A stretch of DNA of 64,000 nucleotides from Candidatus Babeliales bacterium (lineage in GTDB: Bacteria > Babelota > Babeliae > Babelales > RVW-14): positions 6,884 to 70,883 of the forward strand of contig JAIEPG010000005.1 in assembly GCA_019749895.1 (NCBI GenBank), written 5' to 3'. The notes under the pieces were generated by a model. It was not told the origin of the DNA. It did not search any database and was given only the letters and a program-made list of their open reading frames with translations. Both the position numbers and the translations under genes were made by a program. Of this stretch, positions 1 through 8,970 are shown piece after piece (the first letter of the stretch is position 1; each line of letters begins with the position of its first letter).

Positions 1-35
1 GTAAGAACTGTGGAAAGTAAACGTAAAAACTTCAT
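1..35 (-). CDS. 5' end (11 codons) of a leader-bearing gene that runs off the left edge
   Basis: Reverse strand reads GGAGGTTATC-ATG AAG TTT TTA CGT = MKFLRLLSTVL. Same RBS/start architecture (GGAGGTTAT-ATG, MKF...) as the genes starting at 4531 and 5806. Confidence 0.3.
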   Translation of the reverse strand, partial: MKFLRLLSTVL

Positions 36-348
36 GATAACCTCCTGCCGCGCCGTAGTTTTAACGGAAGCGGGTAACGTAGACGGGCGATTATTTTATA
101 ACTTTATAACCTCTTTTTGGCTTTATTGAGCCTTAGTTAATATTCTAACAGAATTTTAAAATATGTAAGATAAAGAAGGAAAATAATGGCTATTTTTAGC
201 GTTTTTTGAGGGTTTTCACCTAAACGGCCGTGCCCGCAAGCCTAGTCAAGCGGCCAACTCTTCTCGAAACTGCATTCTTGGTGTAGCCTAGACCGAGACT
301 GAAAGACCGCAAAATAGTCCCTTTTAACCCAAATTTAGGAGTTTTAAA

Positions 349-1098
349 ATGTCATTATTTTATTACTGCATTGCTATTGTCATTTTTGGCGCGGGAGTGC
401 TTTTTTACTTCCACCGAACGCAAGAAACCAGCATGCAAAAAACAGCTACACGGGCGGCCCGCACCTTTGTCGAGCAAAGGTATCCGTATTCATTGCCAGC
501 CCTGCCGTATGCCTACAACGCACTTGAGCCGCACATTGACGAAGCAACTATGAATATCCACCACACCAAACACCATCAAGCGTACATCAACAGCTTGAAC
601 GAAGCGCTTGAAAAGCACCCTGAATTTCAAAACAAATCACTAGTTGATTTGTTAGCACACTTTGAAAGCTTGCCAGACAGTTTAAAAAAAGCGGTTGAAA
701 ATCATGGTGGTGGGCATGCAAACCATTCAATGTTCTGGCTGATTATGTCTCCACAGGGCGGCGGACAACCAGACGGCAAACTGGCACAAGCAATTAACGA
801 CGCATTTGGTTCATTTGAAGATTTTAAAAAATTGTTTATTGAAGCCGCAAAGACACGTTTTGGGAGCGGTTGGGCATGGCTATGCGTTGACGGTAACAAC
901 AATTTGGTGGTCACTTCAAGCGCTAACCAAGACAACCCAATCATGGAAGGTTTAATTCCCGTGCTTGGCTTGGACGTGTGGGAACATGCGTATTATTTGA
1001 AATATCAAAATAAGCGCATAGACTACGTTAACACGTGGTGGAATGTGATCAACTGGCAACAAGTTGCTGAGTATTATGCAAAGGCAATGCAAAAGTAA
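349..1098 (+). CDS. sodA: Mn-type (Fe/Mn family) superoxide dismutase with extra N-terminal hydrophobic segment
   Basis: Motifs HHTKHHQAYINSLN, GGGHANHSMFW, SANQDNP, DVWEHAYYLKYQN. AGGAG lies 7 nt upstream of ATG 349. The first ~25 aa (LFYYCIAIVIFGAGVLFYF) are a hydrophobic helix preceding the usual LPALPY start of the SOD fold. Confidence 0.9.
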   Translation: MSLFYYCIAIVIFGAGVLFYFHRTQETSMQKTATRAARTFVEQRYPYSLPALPYAYNALEPHIDEATMNIHHTKHHQAYINSLNEALEKHPEFQNKSLVDLLAHFESLPDSLKKAVENHGGGHANHSMFWLIMSPQGGGQPDGKLAQAINDAFGSFEDFKKLFIEAAKTRFGSGWAWLCVDGNNNLVVTSSANQDNPIMEGLIPVLGLDVWEHAYYLKYQNKRIDYVNTWWNVINWQQVAEYYAKAMQK

Positions 1099-1993
1099 AG
1101 CACGTCACAAAATAACCGTGCGATCTTAAAGCAGTAGCAACGTTGTGTTGCTGCTGCTTATTTTTTGTCAGTGCAACTACCACACCACCAGCACCAGCGC
1201 CAGTAATTTTGGCACCAAGCGCGCCAGCGCCAAGTGTTAAAGAAATAATATTTTCAAGATGAGCATTAGAAACACCAAGCTGGCGTAAAAACTGTTGGTT
1301 CATATTCATGCACATGCCCAACGCAGTTAGATTGCCTTGCTGGCAGGCACGCAGACCAAGCGTAAAAAGCTTAGAATAATCACGACACAAACGCTCAAAA
1401 TTGTGTGGTTGCGTTGCGCGAAAATTTTGAACAGCTGCAACCACGGTGCTTGTTTGACTGCGCATGCCGCTGTCGATCAACACGCAGTGCAGCGTTGTAC
1501 CGGGCACCACACTCGTCCGCCCTTTTTCTTTTTCAAAAACAAAAGAGCCCCCAAACGTTGCCGCAGCATTATCAATACCGCTCGGGTTACCGTGTGCTAG
1601 TTTTTCAGCCTGCAGTGCCGCATTGTTAACGGCGCACTCGTCAAGATTAAGATTGAGTGTGTCATTAAGTGCACGCACCGTTGCCACAGCAGCAGCAGCG
1701 CTGGAGCCAACACCGCCCGACATAACCACTAAATCGCCAGAAAGCGTAACTTCAAGCTGGTAGGAAATTTTAAAAAAAGTAGTGAGTGCTGTTAAGAAAC
1801 GAGTGAGTTGCTCTGGCGAGCAGACAAGCGACGGGTGCGCAAACACGCGTTGGTCAACGACATATGAAGGTTGCGAAATAATTTTTGCATGCGCCCGCGT
1901 TTGTTGCGGTAGCGCAAACACCAGCGCCGGCAGGCCGTACACCACAAAGTGCTCGCCAAACACAATAATTTTACCGTACCCGCCTTGCGTCAT
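1049..1993 (-). CDS. mvk: mevalonate kinase (GHMP kinase)
   Basis: N-terminal GKIIVFGEHFVVYGLPAL, GHMP motif MSGGVGSSAAAAVATVRAL, KITGAGAGGVVVAL. ATGA overlap with the upstream DUF35 gene. Confidence 0.85.
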   Translation of the reverse strand: MTQGGYGKIIVFGEHFVVYGLPALVFALPQQTRAHAKIISQPSYVVDQRVFAHPSLVCSPEQLTRFLTALTTFFKISYQLEVTLSGDLVVMSGGVGSSAAAAVATVRALNDTLNLNLDECAVNNAALQAEKLAHGNPSGIDNAAATFGGSFVFEKEKGRTSVVPGTTLHCVLIDSGMRSQTSTVVAAVQNFRATQPHNFERLCRDYSKLFTLGLRACQQGNLTALGMCMNMNQQFLRQLGVSNAHLENIISLTLGAGALGAKITGAGAGGVVVALTKNKQQQHNVATALRSHGYFVTCFTFALPLHNTQQLVAS

Positions 1994-2394
1994 GCACGAG
2001 ACTCCGGCACAAATTTAAGGCCGTAATGAATAATCCCGTTGGCACCTGAAACATAATATTTGCGCAGCGCCGCAACCAAATTCATACCAACGGTTAACTC
2101 TTCAAAATCAACATCGGCCAGTTGCGTCATAATGCGTGGGCCGTCGACCAGCTGCACCAACCCAACGCAGTACGGCTCATACATTTTGTGCTCACGCGGT
2201 GCGTGCGTTACCTGCGTAAATGACAACAGCGTTGCTTGATGGCGCAAAAGGATTGGTTGAAACGTGATACTGCCGCACGGGCAAAGATATTTTTTTAAAT
2301 AAAATTTTTGACTGCACACCGTGCATTGCGTGCCTTCAAGGCGGTAGCGCTGTGGGTACAAGCGCCAATTAATAATTGGACTGTTGCTGAACAT
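1990..2394 (-). CDS. DUF35-type Zn-ribbon/OB-fold protein (thiolase/HMG-CoA synthase scaffold type)
   Basis: Cys cluster CTVCSQKFYLKKYLCPCGS followed by an OB-like segment YCVGLVQLVDGPRIMTQLADVDFEELTVGMNL. Start trimmed to ATG 2394 (MFSNSPI...) because the longer ORF runs into the GC-rich repeat. Confidence 0.7.
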   Translation of the reverse strand: MFSNSPIINWRLYPQRYRLEGTQCTVCSQKFYLKKYLCPCGSITFQPILLRHQATLLSFTQVTHAPREHKMYEPYCVGLVQLVDGPRIMTQLADVDFEELTVGMNLVAALRKYYVSGANGIIHYGLKFVPESRA

Positions 2395-2400
2395 GACAAG

Positions 2401-2655
2401 CCCTTTCGTGTTGACCCTTCGACCCTTCGAGACATCCGACTTCGCTCTTCGAGCTACGACGGATTCCTCAGGGAGAACGGGAAAAACCAACACTTTTACT
2501 CTTAACACAGAACTTATAGCAAAAAAAACGAGTCTCAAAAAAATAAAAAGATCTTACTCTCATCCGTTCGCCCTGAGGAGCCTGACGAAGCTTTCTTGTC
2601 CTTCGTAGCCACGTAGGGCGTAGAAGGATAGCGTAGACAGGCGTCTCGAAGGGCA
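2401..2655. repeat. Two inverted copies of the dispersed GC-rich repeat family, flanking an AT-rich spacer
   Basis: 2401-2484 (cccttcgagac...ttcgctcttcgagctacgacgg...cctcagggagaacgg) and 2561-2655 (ccgttcgccctgagg...gtctcgaaggg) can pair with each other. Related copies occur at 5816, 36601, 40451, 40611 and 61945. Confidence 0.6.
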
Positions 2656-2730
2656 AGTATACCACGCACACACAAAAAAAAGAGCCCATGAAATAATTCA
2701 TGAGCTCTTACAATAAACTAAAAAATTATA

Positions 2731-3183
2731 CTAAAAAAGTAAGCACGAAGAACCGTACGTTACTACGCCCTCTTCATCAGAATCATTGTAATTGATATCT
2801 GTCGTATCATAAAGAGGATGATTAGGATCTGAGCTAAGTTCATAGGGAACCCGATTTTTTCTTTCTTCTTGTTCTTTTCTTCGTTTTTCATGAAAATCAC
2901 GTTGTATTCGTCGTAAATTTGCAATATACGCACGATTCTTTTGTAAAAATTTCCAATGAGCTTCCAACTCAGCCAATTTCTTATCAAACAACTCTCCAGA
3001 CTTTTTTACGTCTTCGGCTGAAACAGGAAACTGTTCAGACTCTAACGATTCTTGTGAATCACAATCAGGAGAAGGCGTACGATCTTGATGACGTGAGATT
3101 GAACTACTCGCAGCAGCAAACAATGAAGTCGCTGATGCAACAAAACTAACCGAAAGTAAAAGTATCAATAAGTGCTTTTTCAT
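2731..3183 (-). CDS. secreted coiled-coil protein ending in CaaX-like CLLF
   Basis: GGAGGAATT RBS then leader MKKHLLILLLSVSFVASATSLFAAASSS. Charged helical middle (KKLAELEAHWKFLQKNRAYIANLRRIQRDFHEKRRKEQEERK). C-terminus is ...GSSCLLF-stop. The longer ORF to 3393 was rejected. Confidence 0.6.
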   Translation of the reverse strand: MKKHLLILLLSVSFVASATSLFAAASSSISRHQDRTPSPDCDSQESLESEQFPVSAEDVKKSGELFDKKLAELEAHWKFLQKNRAYIANLRRIQRDFHEKRRKEQEERKNRVPYELSSDPNHPLYDTTDINYNDSDEEGVVTYGSSCLLF

Positions 3184-3199
3184 AATTCCTCCAAAAATA

Positions 3200-4531
3200 T
3201 TATTCGCGATTACCGCGTTTACGCACAACTCGTAGATCTTTTGTTGCATCATCGCTATCGCTATCACTCTCAGGGCTTGCCTGAATAAATGGCGAAAGTA
3301 ATGGCGCACTTGTTGGCACCGATGGTAAAAGCATGGTAAATAAATCAAGACGAAAACTTTCTTCACTTTGCATATCAACACCATCATAAGCACAAGAGCG
3401 ATTACGCTTTGAAGTTGAAGACGAAGAACTTGACGAAGTCGGTAAACTTAAGGTTTCAGACTCAACCATGATAGTTTTTGGCTCATGATCTATATCACAG
3501 TGCCGCTTGATTAATGAGTCTGTGCTTTCTTGTCCACGCTTATTTTTACTTGAAAAAACAAGCTCATGCTCAACCGGAGCCCCTTCAACATAACCAACAT
3601 ACAAAGAAAGTCCCTTACACGTTTGCCGAATTGCCAAATGTAACTCATCAAAAACTTCTTTCCATGAATCATGCAATACCAACTCGGTCACTCCAGCTTG
3701 TAATGCCTGTTCAATCTTTATGCGCAGCACAAGATGCCTAAACGAAATATTTCTAGGAATTACAAGAGCAGATCCATCACCAAACCGAATAACAACCTCT
3801 CCTGTACAAGCATCTTCAAGAACACTTTGAGCACTTTTTGCGTGTGGAGCAGGAAATTCACGAACCAGGTCGCCACGTTTCGACCAAAAACTAATAACCT
3901 TGCCGTCTATTGCGATGGTGTAAACCCCCTCAGGACGACAAAGAATCTGATCTCTAATGTGACTGCTTGGTTTGATTGTTACAATTTCACCACCGTCTAA
4001 TGATATTTGCGTTGTTTTATCAGTAGCTCTTCCAATACTATAATTCTTACTTGGTAAAAAATTGGAGCAATAATACTCTTGAAAATAAGAATGGCTAAAC
4101 CTAGGATGCAATTTCACAAAACAAGACATGAGCGCGCCATGCATACGTTCTAATGCGTCAAAATTTTTATCCAACGATATTGATGAAACTATACATTCGG
4201 CAAATTTTTGCTTTTGCTCACCCGTCATGGTATTTATTTTTTTTCCTAAAAATATCATAACATCATGCAAACCAGGCTTTGTACTTGGAACTCTTTCTTG
4301 AAACATTTCTTGAAGAAAAGCAACAAGTCTCCCGGCAAATGCATCGTGCTCGCTTGGAATAAGAGTCAAGCAAGAAAACAATGATACAAAGTCATCGTTC
4401 TCATCATGCAACGATGAACGTGCGCTTGAGCTTGACGAACTTGAACTCGAAGAGCTTGAACTTGATGCACCAAAAAGTGGCGCACCAAAAGCAAGCGAAA
4501 GCAATAATAAGCTGTAATTAAAAAATTTCAT
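3200..4531 (-). CDS. secreted Ser-rich hypothetical protein (MKFFNY family)
   Basis: Leader MKFFNYSLLLLSLAFGAPLFGA followed by 14 consecutive Ser. A second poly-Ser tract lies near the C-terminus. Its C-terminal domain is related to the 6117-6665 product (LVLRIKIEQALQAGVTELVLHDSW vs LLILKLEQLKRENHTEVTLHETW). Confidence 0.7.
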   Translation of the reverse strand: MKFFNYSLLLLSLAFGAPLFGASSSSSSSSSSSSSSARSSLHDENDDFVSLFSCLTLIPSEHDAFAGRLVAFLQEMFQERVPSTKPGLHDVMIFLGKKINTMTGEQKQKFAECIVSSISLDKNFDALERMHGALMSCFVKLHPRFSHSYFQEYYCSNFLPSKNYSIGRATDKTTQISLDGGEIVTIKPSSHIRDQILCRPEGVYTIAIDGKVISFWSKRGDLVREFPAPHAKSAQSVLEDACTGEVVIRFGDGSALVIPRNISFRHLVLRIKIEQALQAGVTELVLHDSWKEVFDELHLAIRQTCKGLSLYVGYVEGAPVEHELVFSSKNKRGQESTDSLIKRHCDIDHEPKTIMVESETLSLPTSSSSSSSTSKRNRSCAYDGVDMQSEESFRLDLFTMLLPSVPTSAPLLSPFIQASPESDSDSDDATKDLRVVRKRGNRE

Positions 4532-4555
4532 AATAACCTCTTTTGATCAATTTTT

Positions 4556-5806
4556 TTATCTACGCGTTGTTCGCTTAGTTGATGAAGAGCTTGAGTTTCT
4601 TCCTGTAGAATCACTCGACTGTGTACGCTTTGCAACAGGAGTTGTTCTTGTTGTATCACTATCACTATTCTCATCATCACTACTTTCATAATCATAACTT
4701 CTTGACGCGTGTGAAGAAGATGATGATGACGAAGAAGAAGACGAAGAGAATGATGATGATTGTAAAACACTTGAAGAACTTGGACTCGACGTTTGCGGCT
4801 CATTTAGAAAACTCATGAAATCAGCAAATTCCTCTGGATAATCATGAACGGGTCTACGGCGTCGCTTTTCGTTTCCTTGTTCTTCTTCTCGCTCAAAAAG
4901 TACTTCATGCTTACGCTCAGAAGGTTCTGTTGGCGCATGAAAGGTAAGAACAGGAGTGTGCGGCCCAGATAAACCAAGAAATAATCTTTCTAAATGTTGA
5001 AAAACATTGCGACTGTATTCATCGCCACAATCGGCGTGTGATGTGCGGCTGTGATGCCGCTTAGTGCTGCTGTCTTGTTCAAGTCGTTTCTCGCCATACT
5101 CGCAGTCATGCACATCAAGACGCTTGCTCGTTTGAATTGTTGGCGAATATTTTGGCGAATACATAATAAGTGCGGTCGATGTTACTGATGGAATAATCTG
5201 AGCTCCATAACAAACATTGCGATATTTCAAAAGATTGGTTTGAGCACGCGAAGGTATCAAAACCCCATCTTGATAATGAGAAAATGTTTGATTTTTAAAA
5301 AATTGCGCTGCTACTTGAAAAATGTTTTCATGCGAATGATAACCCATAATCGCACCCAAAGCAGACTGTGGCACGGTAGCCACATCAATCTTCCTGGTAG
5401 CAATCTTACCGTCTGGTGCAATGCCATAACCGCAAAGAACTTTTGTATCCACATCAAGAACTAATACAGCAACAACATTATCGCGATCAGCTGCACACGA
5501 TTGAGCAACCTCATGGTAAGAACCGCTAAGAATACTGGCATCGCGAAAAATAACCACATAAATTTCACGACGCGCAACACTCAACGAACTTGATAACGAA
5601 GCTGAAACAGGCACTACTGGTGGCTGATACACAATGAGTTGGCGCGATGAAGAGTCAGACTGCTTTTCACTATCGTCCAAACAAAAAGCATCAAAAAACG
5701 TCGCTAATTCTTCAATTTCTCGATCTTTCGATGAACTTGCCGCACCAAAAAGTGATGCACTCAGCCCCAAAGAAAGTACTAATAAACCGTAGTTAAAAAA
5801 CTTCAT
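4556..5806 (-). CDS. secreted Ser-rich hypothetical protein (MKFFNY family)
   Basis: GGAGGTTATT-ATG, leader MKFFNYGLLVLSLGLSASLFGAASSS. Ser-rich C-terminal region (SSSFSSSSSSSSSSSS) ending in a basic tail. Confidence 0.7.
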   Translation of the reverse strand: MKFFNYGLLVLSLGLSASLFGAASSSKDREIEELATFFDAFCLDDSEKQSDSSSRQLIVYQPPVVPVSASLSSSLSVARREIYVVIFRDASILSGSYHEVAQSCAADRDNVVAVLVLDVDTKVLCGYGIAPDGKIATRKIDVATVPQSALGAIMGYHSHENIFQVAAQFFKNQTFSHYQDGVLIPSRAQTNLLKYRNVCYGAQIIPSVTSTALIMYSPKYSPTIQTSKRLDVHDCEYGEKRLEQDSSTKRHHSRTSHADCGDEYSRNVFQHLERLFLGLSGPHTPVLTFHAPTEPSERKHEVLFEREEEQGNEKRRRRPVHDYPEEFADFMSFLNEPQTSSPSSSSVLQSSSFSSSSSSSSSSSSHASRSYDYESSDDENSDSDTTRTTPVAKRTQSSDSTGRNSSSSSTKRTTRR

Positions 5807-5815
5807 AATAACCTC

Positions 5816-5900
5816 CATCCGCCTTCGCTCTGCAAGCTACGGCGCGATTATGCTTAAAAGGGTGGATGCCGCGTCAAAGTTGTTAACGTCGACGGGCATA
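5816..5900. repeat. copy of the dispersed GC-rich repeat family
   Basis: catccgccttcgctctgcaagctacggcgcg...aacgtcgacgggc resembles 2441-2465 and the segment at 41-100 (aacgtagacgggc). Confidence 0.45.
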
Positions 5901-6116
5901 ATCAATAATATATTTTCAGATATAAAATTAATTATACCGAAAAATTAAAAAATGGCAACCGCCATCCGCAAGGCTTATTTTGGCACTATTAACCAAAATT
6001 TCCGTCTTTTTATAGTAAAAAAACGGGTAAAAAGATGAATTATCGGCTTTTAAAAAATTATAATGGGCATACTTTTTTAAAATATGCTCATTTTTAGTGA
6101 ATAAAGCGCTATTTTT

Positions 6117-6665
6117 TTAAAGAATATGACAGAAACCACTATCAACTGTGGCACCACTGTCCAAGATATGTTCTTGGCCATAAGAAAACTTTATCTTAAT
6201 ATCATTAAAATAATTCTTCAATACAGCACTCAAGCGGCGATACGTAACAACCCAGGTTTCGTGCAACGTTACTTCAGTATGGTTCTCTCTCTTCAATTGC
6301 TCAAGCTTTAAAATAAGCAATGCTTCTTGAAAAGGCCGGCCGCTCAAGCAAATTTCATAGGTTTCAGATTCAGATAGTTGGATGGGAAGGTGGTAGGGAA
6401 CACCAACATCTTCGCCAAAATAGCCACAACCCTTCATGATATGATAGGGAAAAGGCCCTTGTTCGTCTTTTGCTATACACACCTGCTCACTCAATGCTTT
6501 GTCAACATCAAAGGCTAAAAGCTTTTGCATGTCTGGGTTATCTCTATGCGGACTCAAAAAAACAGGTCTAAGACCACGAATATGAGAATAATCATCTATC
6601 CCACCAAACACCGGCACGCTAAAAGCAAACGCAAATAAGACAAAAACAGACCTGAACAAGCTCAT
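6117..6665 (-). CDS. secreted hypothetical protein ending in CaaX-like CHIL
   Basis: Leader MSLFRSVFVLFAFAFSVPVFGG. Domain shared with the C-terminal half of the 3200-4531 product. C-terminus is ...DSGFCHIL-stop. Confidence 0.65.
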   Translation of the reverse strand: MSLFRSVFVLFAFAFSVPVFGGIDDYSHIRGLRPVFLSPHRDNPDMQKLLAFDVDKALSEQVCIAKDEQGPFPYHIMKGCGYFGEDVGVPYHLPIQLSESETYEICLSGRPFQEALLILKLEQLKRENHTEVTLHETWVVTYRRLSAVLKNYFNDIKIKFSYGQEHILDSGATVDSGFCHIL

Positions 6666-6769
6666 AAAAAACCCTCACCATAAAAAATAATTTTAAAAAA
6701 ACACCAAAATCGGTGGGATATATTATTGCGCTTTAAAAAAAAATGACAATAAAAAAAAGCAAAAAATTT

Positions 6770-7921
6770 TCAAACCGCAAGAATGTGCACAGCAACCGTT
6801 GAACCAATACCACCCATATTGTGTGCCAGAGCAGTGCGGGCATTGGCTACTTGGCGCTGAGCGGCCGCACCGCGTAGCTGCCGAACCAGCTCAATAACTT
6901 GTGCCAAACCAGTAGCCCCAACCGGATGTCCCTGGGCCTTAAGCCCGCCAGACATGTTGACCGGCAAAGCGCCGCCCAGCGTTGTTATGCCTTGCGCGGT
7001 AGCACGTGCAGCTTGGCCAGGCTGGAAAAAGCCCAAATCTTCAAGCGCCATAAGCTCGGCCATAGTAAAGGCATCGTGCACTTCAACAAGATTGATATCG
7101 CGCGGCCCCACGCCTGCTTGCTGGTACGCGCGCTGCGCGGCTGTTTTGGTAGCAGAAAAAGAAGTAAGTGCGGTTCGCTCGCCAAACAATAACGAATCAG
7201 TTGCCACACCAGAGCCAACAATAAAGACCGGCTTTATGCCAGCTCGCTGGGCAAATTCCGGCGTTGAAAGGATCAGCGATGCAGCGCCATCGGTAATGGG
7301 CGCACAGTCAAACAAACCCAACGGGTCGGCAACCATGGGCGCATTGAGCGCCGTTTCTAAGGTAATTTCTTTGGTAAAATGAGCGTTGGGGTTGAGTGCG
7401 CTATGCTTATGATTTTTAACGCTCACATGCGCAAGGTCGCTGCGCGTAATGCCATGCTCATTAAAATATAAGCGCGTAATCAGCGCAAAAAGACTGGGAA
7501 AGGTAAGACCCACAAAATGGTCGGCCTCTTGCAAGCTCGCACCAATCATGCTGGTTGCCAGCACGCCGGCATCAACGTCGGTCAACTTTTCTACACCGCT
7601 GACCAGCACCACTTCAGCTGTGCCCGCTTGAATAAGCGCCATGCCCTGCTGCAACGCCAGCGAACCGGAAGCACAGGCACCCTCAACGCGCACACTGGGC
7701 ACATTAAGATTTAACACGTGTGCGGCCAACGCACCAAGATGCAACTGCCCTGCGGCACTTTCGCCAGACATGTTGCCCACCACCAACGCATTAATTTGGT
7801 GTGCCGCTAAACCGGCATCGCTCAACGCTCCCAACTGACTATGTGCCAGCAAATCGCTGAGCGACTGGTGCCACAACTCACCAAATTTTGTTTGGCCAAT
7901 GCCAATAACGGCAACTTTCAT
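6770..7921 (-). CDS. acetyl-CoA acetyltransferase (thiolase, archaeal/SCP-x-like type)
   Basis: MKVAVIGIGQTKFGE N-terminus, active-site Cys context VEGACASGSLAL, C-terminal NMSGGLKAQGHPVGATG and AHNMGG. ATGA overlap with the HMG-CoA synthase gene. Confidence 0.85.
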   Translation of the reverse strand: MKVAVIGIGQTKFGELWHQSLSDLLAHSQLGALSDAGLAAHQINALVVGNMSGESAAGQLHLGALAAHVLNLNVPSVRVEGACASGSLALQQGMALIQAGTAEVVLVSGVEKLTDVDAGVLATSMIGASLQEADHFVGLTFPSLFALITRLYFNEHGITRSDLAHVSVKNHKHSALNPNAHFTKEITLETALNAPMVADPLGLFDCAPITDGAASLILSTPEFAQRAGIKPVFIVGSGVATDSLLFGERTALTSFSATKTAAQRAYQQAGVGPRDINLVEVHDAFTMAELMALEDLGFFQPGQAARATAQGITTLGGALPVNMSGGLKAQGHPVGATGLAQVIELVRQLRGAAAQRQVANARTALAHNMGGIGSTVAVHILAV

Positions 7922-8970
7922 GCATCACCGTGCAAAGCTTTGAGATGCTGCAAATACGTTGCATACGAAACATATTTTTTTTCGGCCAGATACGCACGCG
8001 TTTGACGCGCTTTGTTTTGTACCACCACCAACTGCTCAGTTGTTTTAATCACAAACGCATCACAACCACTACCGCTGCCATAACTTACTAGTACAATTGT
8101 TTGATGTGGCTTAGCACTGTCGAGCACCGCGGTCAAACCCAGTAATGAATTGGCACTGTACGAATTTCCCAGCGTTTCAACCAACAAGCCACTCGCCAGT
8201 TGCTCACGAGAAAAACCAAGTTGACGTCCAACCATGAGCGGGAACTTGCCGTTGGGCTGATGAAAAATAACATGATCAACGTCACGTGGTTGCAAATTGT
8301 GCTGGGCAAGTAAGGCTTGTGTTGCTGCGACAACGTGCGCAAAATAGGCAGGCTGCGCGGTAAAGCGCCCCTCGTGCTCGGGGTAAGCGGCCAACGAGCG
8401 TCGCCAAAAATCCGGGGTATCGGAACTGTACGAAAGCGTGCGCTCAACCACCGCACAGGCATTTGCTACATCGTGTGAAACAATAAATGCAGCAGCGCCG
8501 GCACCGGCAGCATATTCCAAAATATCGCCCGACTTTGCTTGTGCGGTATCACTACCCACTGCCAACGCACATGAGGCCATTCCGCTTTTCACCACGCCCA
8601 AGGCTGCTTGCAGCGCAGCGGTACCACCTTTGCAGGCAAATTCAAAATCGGCAGCCAGGTAGTTGTTACCAATCCCTAAAACTTCTCCCAAAATGGTTGC
8701 TGAGGGCTTAACGGCATACGGATGGCTCTCGCTACCCACATAAACTGCTTGCAATGCCGGCGCTAAACACGCCGCACGCGTTAACGCATTTTTTGACGCA
8801 ACAACCGCCATAGTTAGCGCATCTTCGTCTGGCCCTGGTAACGATTTTTCACTCAGGCCAAGAGATTCTGCAATGCGCACAGGATCATCGCCACACGCAC
8901 GGGCCAACTCTTGAACAGCAATGCGATAGCGCGGAATGTAGGCACCATAGCCAATAATACCAGCAATCAT
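7918..8970 (-). CDS. HMG-CoA synthase, short (~350 aa) archaeal-like form
   Basis: GIIGYGAYIPRYRI start typical of the short archaeal-type enzymes. Catalytic Cys context DFEFACKGGTAAL. HQPNGKFP and SYGSGSG motifs. Confidence 0.85.
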   Translation of the reverse strand: MIAGIIGYGAYIPRYRIAVQELARACGDDPVRIAESLGLSEKSLPGPDEDALTMAVVASKNALTRAACLAPALQAVYVGSESHPYAVKPSATILGEVLGIGNNYLAADFEFACKGGTAALQAALGVVKSGMASCALAVGSDTAQAKSGDILEYAAGAGAAAFIVSHDVANACAVVERTLSYSSDTPDFWRRSLAAYPEHEGRFTAQPAYFAHVVAATQALLAQHNLQPRDVDHVIFHQPNGKFPLMVGRQLGFSREQLASGLLVETLGNSYSANSLLGLTAVLDSAKPHQTIVLVSYGSGSGCDAFVIKTTEQLVVVQNKARQTRAYLAEKKYVSYATYLQHLKALHGDA

